Assembly: GCF_009914755.1 (NCBI RefSeq)
Contig: NC_060932.1
Strand: one strand, 5' to 3'
Origin: the human T2T-CHM13v2.0 reference genome, Homo sapiens
DNA: 64,000 nt
The notes beneath the pieces were generated by a model. That model ran no database searches. It saw only the letters and a list, made by a program, of their open reading frames with translations, and had not been told where the DNA came from. A program made the translations under genes and the position numbers. Positions 58,201-64,000 of this stretch are shown in pieces (position 1 is the first letter of the stretch; each line of letters starts with the position of its first letter).

Positions 58201-59299
58201 TTTTGGTTTATTATTTTATTTATGCCAGCTCAATTGCCAAATCCCCAGTTGTTTTCTTTGTGCCTTTTTTATCCAATAAGGTTATGTTACTTTTAGTAGC
58301 TTATAGCTTATATCATCATTTTTACTAGAAAAATGATCTATAAATTGTGGAATTTTTATGTTTATGATAAAATATCTCTTTCTCTGTTTTCTTCTGCTAA
58401 CTATAAAATCCCTCCTGGCCCTAAAAGGAAATAACAGCATTTCTGGTACACTTTGGCCCATGCTCAATCACATCAGGCAATTGGGAGGGTTTTAATTCAC
58501 TCATTAGACAAATAACCCTGTTTGAACATTAGAGAATCATAAGGACTTCTGCTTTTAATAGATGGTCTTGATTATCCAGAACTAATTGTTTTATAACTTA
58601 ATAAGGCTACAGTACTCAAAAGAATACTGAAGTATTTTGCTTTTTAAATCTGTGAAGTTCTTGATAGTAAAACAGAATATTTTGTATTTCTAATTGATGT
58701 CACCCCTTCATACCTAGTCCTTTACAGAAATGCAGAACAACTGATCAGCCTGTTCTCCATCATACCACCCAGGCGCTTATAAAAACTTTAAGGGTCTGTC
58801 TCTTTTCAGTCCTCCTATAACCTACTTCCAATTACCTTTGCTACCTTTAAAATGTGATAGTAAAAACTAGACGGTTTTGTCTACTGTTTCAAAACTTCTT
58901 GTTTTCAATGTAAGAGAAGGGCTATTTCTCAGACTTTGAAATTAACATTTTTTGCCAAATATACCTTTCCAGTTTCATATTGACATTTTTAAAACAAAAG
59001 GTCTCAAAACTCTTTCATATTTAGCTATGATCAAGTGAATGAGGTTGGCTGTCATTAATCAAATATCACTTTCCAAAGGTGTTTTCCTCAGTGGAGTGTT
59101 TAACCAGAAGTTATATGGCCATCAGCCCACAATGGTGTAGGCATTTTAATATGAGGTTGGACAAGATATCTTCTAAGATCTCAGCTAGGATCATTTGATC
59201 CCCAAGACCTTTCCTGCCAGCATTTCTTCAGCTTCTATTTATATTGTATTTTCTATTGTCAGTATTTATCATTTTTCCCTATTCGTATCATCTCACCTC

Positions 59300-59935
59300 T
59301 ACAATACAATCCATTTTCAAGTTCTCTTGGCTTTACTCCAAAAATACAACCTAAATGTGTTAAATGTTTTTTCATATTCATTACTGCCAACTTGGTGCAA
59401 ACGACTGACCTCTGCTTCCTTGGACTATTGTGGAGTTTCCAGTCTCCCAGCTTTACTTCTTATGCACCTCATCACTTCACCACTCCCCATTGTGATGCCT
59501 GAGCTGGAGTGACCTTACAGGAACATAAAGGGGATTGTACAACTTCCATGATTTTTCACTCAGGAATAAAATAAAATATCAAATAAAATGTAAATGTCCT
59601 ACAATGGGCTTTTCTCTTCTCCAGCCTCATCTGCCACTACTCCCTGTTCACTAAACTTATATTCGACTTCTTTTTTTCTCAGACACACCTACCTCATTCC
59701 TGCTTGAGAGCCTTCGCAATGGCTATTCCCTCTGCCTGAATTCACTTTCTTCTCATCTTTACATGGCTGGTTCCTTCTACTTCCTAAGATCCCAGCTCAA
59801 ATGCCAACTCCCCAGTGAGCCCTTCCTGACCACCTGATCAAACTAAACTCCACACCTCCATTGTCATTTGAAACTTTGCAATATACGTTGGCTGAATGAA
59901 TGAGTGAATTAATGAACAAGAGAATGAGTGAGTGA
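59300..59935 (+). mobile_element. L2 3' end
   Basis: ctattccctctgcctgaa, cagctcaaatgcc, terminal tgaatgaatgagtgaa. Confidence 0.75.
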
Positions 59936-60036
59936 GCTCTCTTTACAATATGTCTATTCTTTTTGCATTTTCCTCTAGTCTTCTTCCTAATTCCAACTTT
60001 TTTTTAAAAACGACATTACATATAACTTACGCTTAC

Positions 60037-60260
60037 AGTCTGTTGAGTACGTAACTGTTAAGGCATCATCCTGCTTTGTGAATTCCAAATCTATTTCTAT
60101 ACAATCACACAAACATTATCTTCAGCATATAAATGTTTTAGATTCTTTAATCTTTGATTAGCTGCGTTGCTGTGAATGATTGAGTGGCTTTGCCTGTCAT
60201 TTGTTGAAATATCAAAGATACTTCCTACTCTTTCTGCTATCGAAGTAGCTTTATAAATAC
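60037..60260 (-). pseudogene. Candidate 224-nt (or 230-nt) internal exon, frameshifted
   Basis: Acceptor gaaatttcag|G; tandem donors gtaagc (60036) and gtaagt (60030); phase-1 frame open 54 codons and a second frame open for the last ~26 codons. Confidence 0.45.
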
Positions 60261-61701
60261 CTGAAATTTCTCTTTTAAAAAAATGTATTCTTAGATTCTC
60301 TTTTAAGAGTTTTGAAATTTTTCTTATCATTACAGAGGAAAGAAATCCAAGTAAATCAAAAGGAACAGAAACTAGAAATATACAGGCATACTTGTGGCTG
60401 GAGTTATTCCACTACTTGTACATTATGTGGCTTACCTCAACATGTGGAAAAATACAGTAAGTCCTTCATTGTGCAGAGTGTAGTTACAGTATCATGTAAC
60501 TTAGGCAGCTTATTCTTTCTTGCAAATATTTTATGATAAACACAAAATATGCTGTAATCTTTTCTGAATAATTAACATCTATTTGCTTAAAAGAATATTT
60601 TTTAACCTACAAAAGCTCTTTTTTTAAAAAAAAATTATTTTTCTACCTTCTCCTTACCTTAACCAAAAAAAATTCCAACCCCACATACGTGAGAAAATGC
60701 CTTTAGGCTTATTGAAGTCATTTATTTATGGGAGTATACAGAGTACCTGTCCATCAGGAAAGACAAAAAGAAAAAAAATCTGAGCTATTACTATACCAGA
60801 TTTGCTTACAAGAGAAAATGTTCAACTTTTCTACTCTAGATAACTCACTGTTTGTACTATTATTGGGGAGGAGAAATTAATGTGTACAGTGTATCCAGAG
60901 TTTATGCCCTACGTATTATGTTCCTCAGTATAAAATATTTTTAAAAAATGGTTCCCAGAAATCAAAACTAATTAATTTTGATTTAATTTCTGACAGTTTC
61001 AAAGGTCCCTTGTCAATTTTACTAATAAGCAAAACAAACTTTTCTTTTTGTATTCAATCTTGAGAACATAGAAGGTCTTAAACATCTATTTGCTTAATTT
61101 TTCTTTGGGAATCTTAAAATTTCATAGGGGCTTAATATTTGTAATACTTTTGGTTTAGATATGCTAATCTAAATGTTAAATTAAGATGATTTCAAAAGTA
61201 TAGGCTGAAATCTTTTCTTCAAAATTTCACAGTTCTTTTTATGTATCATTTCAAAATAATTGTTTTATATAAAAATGTGTTGGATATTAAATCATATAAT
61301 TATGATTCATATTATGGCATATTTTAATTTTGTTTTTATTTGTACATTTAATTGTGCAAGTCAACAAAAATAAAAAATAACAATACTATTCTATATTAAA
61401 GTTAAAGAAAAATAGCTATTAACTCTTATGGCCATCTATAATCTCTTGAAACGTTTTAAAAGTGAGCATCCAGTTGATTGGTGTGCTATTGGCCATCACC
61501 AGTGATTCTTATTCTCATCATTTATGCACTTGCTTTCCTTTTTATAACCTTTGTCTATCATGGACTCTTTAGAGAAGTTAGCAATCTTTTTCTTATTTCC
61601 ACCTTCTTTAATTCACAATGTAATTTTTCTACCAGAGGAAACTTATTTTCCTTTTTTTTAACGGTTTCATTATATGAAGTCCTGTTAAAACTTTGTTTCC
61701 T

Positions 61702-61987
61702 GACCAGGTGCAATGGTGCATGCCTGTAATCCCAACACTTTGGGAGGCCGAGGCAGGAGGATCACTTGAGCCCAGCGTTTGAGATCAACATAGCAAAATC
61801 CCGTTTCTACAGAAAAAAAAAAATTTGCTGCATGTGGTGGTACACATCTGTGTTCCCAGCTACTCAGGAGGCTGAAGTGGGAGGATCACTTGAGGCTGGA
61901 GGCAGAAGTTGCAATGAGCTGAGATCTAGCCACTGCACTCCAGCCTGGGTGACAGATTGAAACCCTGTCTCAAAATAAACAACAAAG
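61702..61987 (+). mobile_element. AluJ-type element
   Basis: Degenerate TSD aaaactttgtttcct/aaaacttcgtctcct. Confidence 0.9.
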
Positions 61988-62544
61988 AAAACTTCGTCTC
62001 CTGCAGGAAGCTATCATAATCCTGACTGCAAGCCACCTATTTGAAACTTATTTGAGTTAGATCTTACGTTATATTTATTTGACCTTTTTCATCTGTCCAG
62101 TTTTCTTCTTGAGTTTATTCAGTTACCTAAAGAAACTGAAAATTACTTGTAGATAGAAATCACATTTCATAATTTGCTTATAATTCCCCTCAGGCCTTCT
62201 GCATTTTATGCATATTGAACATTACACAATTTAATGAATGGATCATTGGAAAATCTCTCATTATGTACACGATTATAGATGCAATACATTTTCATAAGTT
62301 ATATAATTGTTTTATTTATTTTTACAATTAAGGCTGAAGATTGAGGTCTATATGCACTAATCTATTCTTGATGCAATGGTTTATTAAAATGCCCTTTTAA
62401 ATTATAGTAAGTTTTTGCATTGAAATTGGTTTGTCCTTGCTTAACAGATTCGATCATTAAGAACAGTAAAGAGTTTCTCTCACTGAAATCATTAATACAT
62501 TTACTTATACAGAGATAGATAGATAGGTGCTGGCATATACTTAC

Positions 62545-62669
62545 AAGCTTATGAATAACACAGTTAGTTGCTTCACATTGACTCATTTCAGAAATGTCAC
62601 TGTAAGTCACAAAATATTTTGTGAAATGATTGTAGTATACTTTCGGCTACAACACTGAGTCTGTTATAC
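62545..62669 (-). pseudogene. Candidate 125-nt internal exon
   Basis: Acceptor tctaatttcttctcag|G and consensus donor CTT|gtaagt; best frame has one TAG in 41 codons. Confidence 0.55.
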
Positions 62670-63145
62670 CTGAGAAGAAATTAGACTCTGTGGGGGGAAA
62701 AAGACAGAAAAATTTCCAAAATCAAATTTTTAACACCAGGGTTGCTGTGAGCCTTACCCCAGGGGGTGCCGTTTGTGGCATGGTCTGTGGAGTTAAACAG
62801 TGTAGGCTATGTGGTTTTATATGGCAGCCCTGCAGAAACCAGAGAGTATACAAAAAGGTATCATAAAATTTTGAACTTTAGTGCCACTGCTCAGTTAAGT
62901 AGTCTTCAAACTCTTATGGATATTTAGTCAATCTGTTGTAATCCATGATGTTAGAATGTACAATGGTCCTTACCAATCATTTTATTTGGTAGAAAAGAAA
63001 AATAAGATATATCAATGAGAAGTAAATTATATATTTAAAATACATATACATAACATAGAGTTAAGAAATAAAGCACAAAATATATGACAAGCCTCTAAAT
63101 ATTAAGTACTTTTCATAGTCTAAATTTCTACTACTATACCGTAAC

Positions 63146-63611
63146 TAAGGGAGGAGGCCACCCCTCATATTGTCTTATGCCCAATTTCTGCCTCCAAAGA
63201 AAAAAAAAAGTGAAAACTAAAAGGCAGAAATGACACCCACAGGAAGACAGCCCGGCGCCACACCCTGGGCCTAGTAGTTAAAGACTGACCCCTGACCTAA
63301 TCGGTTATGTTATCTATAGATTACAGACATTGTATGGAAAAGCACTGTGAATATCCCTGTCCTGTTCCGTTCTAATTACCAGTGCAGGTGCATGCAGCCC
63401 CCAGTCACATACCCTCTGCTTGCTCAATTGATCACGACCCTCTCACACAGACCCCCTTAGAGTTGTAAGCCCTTAAAAGCGTCAGGAATTGCTCACTCAG
63501 GGAACTCGGTTTTTGGAGACATGAGTCTGCTGATGCTCCTGACTGAATAAAGCCCTTTCCTTCTACAATTCGGTGTCTGAGGGATTCTTGTCTGTCACTC
63601 GTCCTGCCATA
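63146..63611 (+). mobile_element. Solo HERV-E LTR (LTR2 family)
   Basis: Starts taagggaggaggccacccctcatattgtcttatgcccaatttctgcctccaaag; AATAAA at 63546; 4-bp TSD taac at 63142-63145 and 63612-63615. Confidence 0.92.
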
Positions 63612-64000
63612 TAACCATTAAAATTGTGTCTTGCTTATACGAGGATTACATCTCAAAATAGGAAAATATTTTGTAGTGATATTTCAGTCTCCAAATAAGA
63701 CCATCATTTATGGAAGTTAAAATTAACTACTTCTGCTAAATTAATACAGGTTTGAGCTTTCATATTAACTATATGTTCTGGGTTTTTTATGTAACAGTAT
63801 CTTTTAGACACTATTCAACCACATAGAACATTGAAAATCAAGATTTATAACCTAACATTATTTTTTAAAATGCTTTCTAACATAAATCCTTTTTGTAAGA
63901 CTTCAAGGCACAGGGAAATAAACATAATACCTACTTCATCAACACCTTACTTGGTTAAATGCAAATGAAAGAGTAGATTGTATATGTTTGTATAATATAA

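Noticed and set aside
62737-62832. Possible ~96-bp MITE with cagggttgc...gcagccctg ends
   Set aside because: Terminal repeats are degenerate and no TSD is visible; not enough support

Overview
Primate (human-like) genomic DNA: AT-rich, CpG-depleted and dominated by interspersed repeats. These include about 15 Alus (J/S/Y types), old and younger L1 fragments, L2/MIR/CR1 relics, MaLR/ERVL/ERV1 LTRs (including solo HERV-H LTR7 and HERV-E LTR2 with intact TSDs) and hAT MITEs. No intact host CDS, tRNA, rRNA, CRISPR array or CpG island is evident. Almost all listed ORFs are repeat-derived or chance; the 465-aa ORF is a chimera across the inversion junction of a twin-primed L1. The main signal not explained by repeats is a minus-strand chain of four exon-like units (62669-62545, 60260-60037, 37776-37691, 37564-~35565). 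They have plausible splice signals, a transmembrane-like block and a 245-codon stop-poor frame, but no continuous ORF. This suggests a decayed multi-exon gene or unitary pseudogene (or scrambled coding exons), which I cannot name. I found no convincing novel biological system. Repeat subfamily names are by-eye recognition, not RepeatMasker output.
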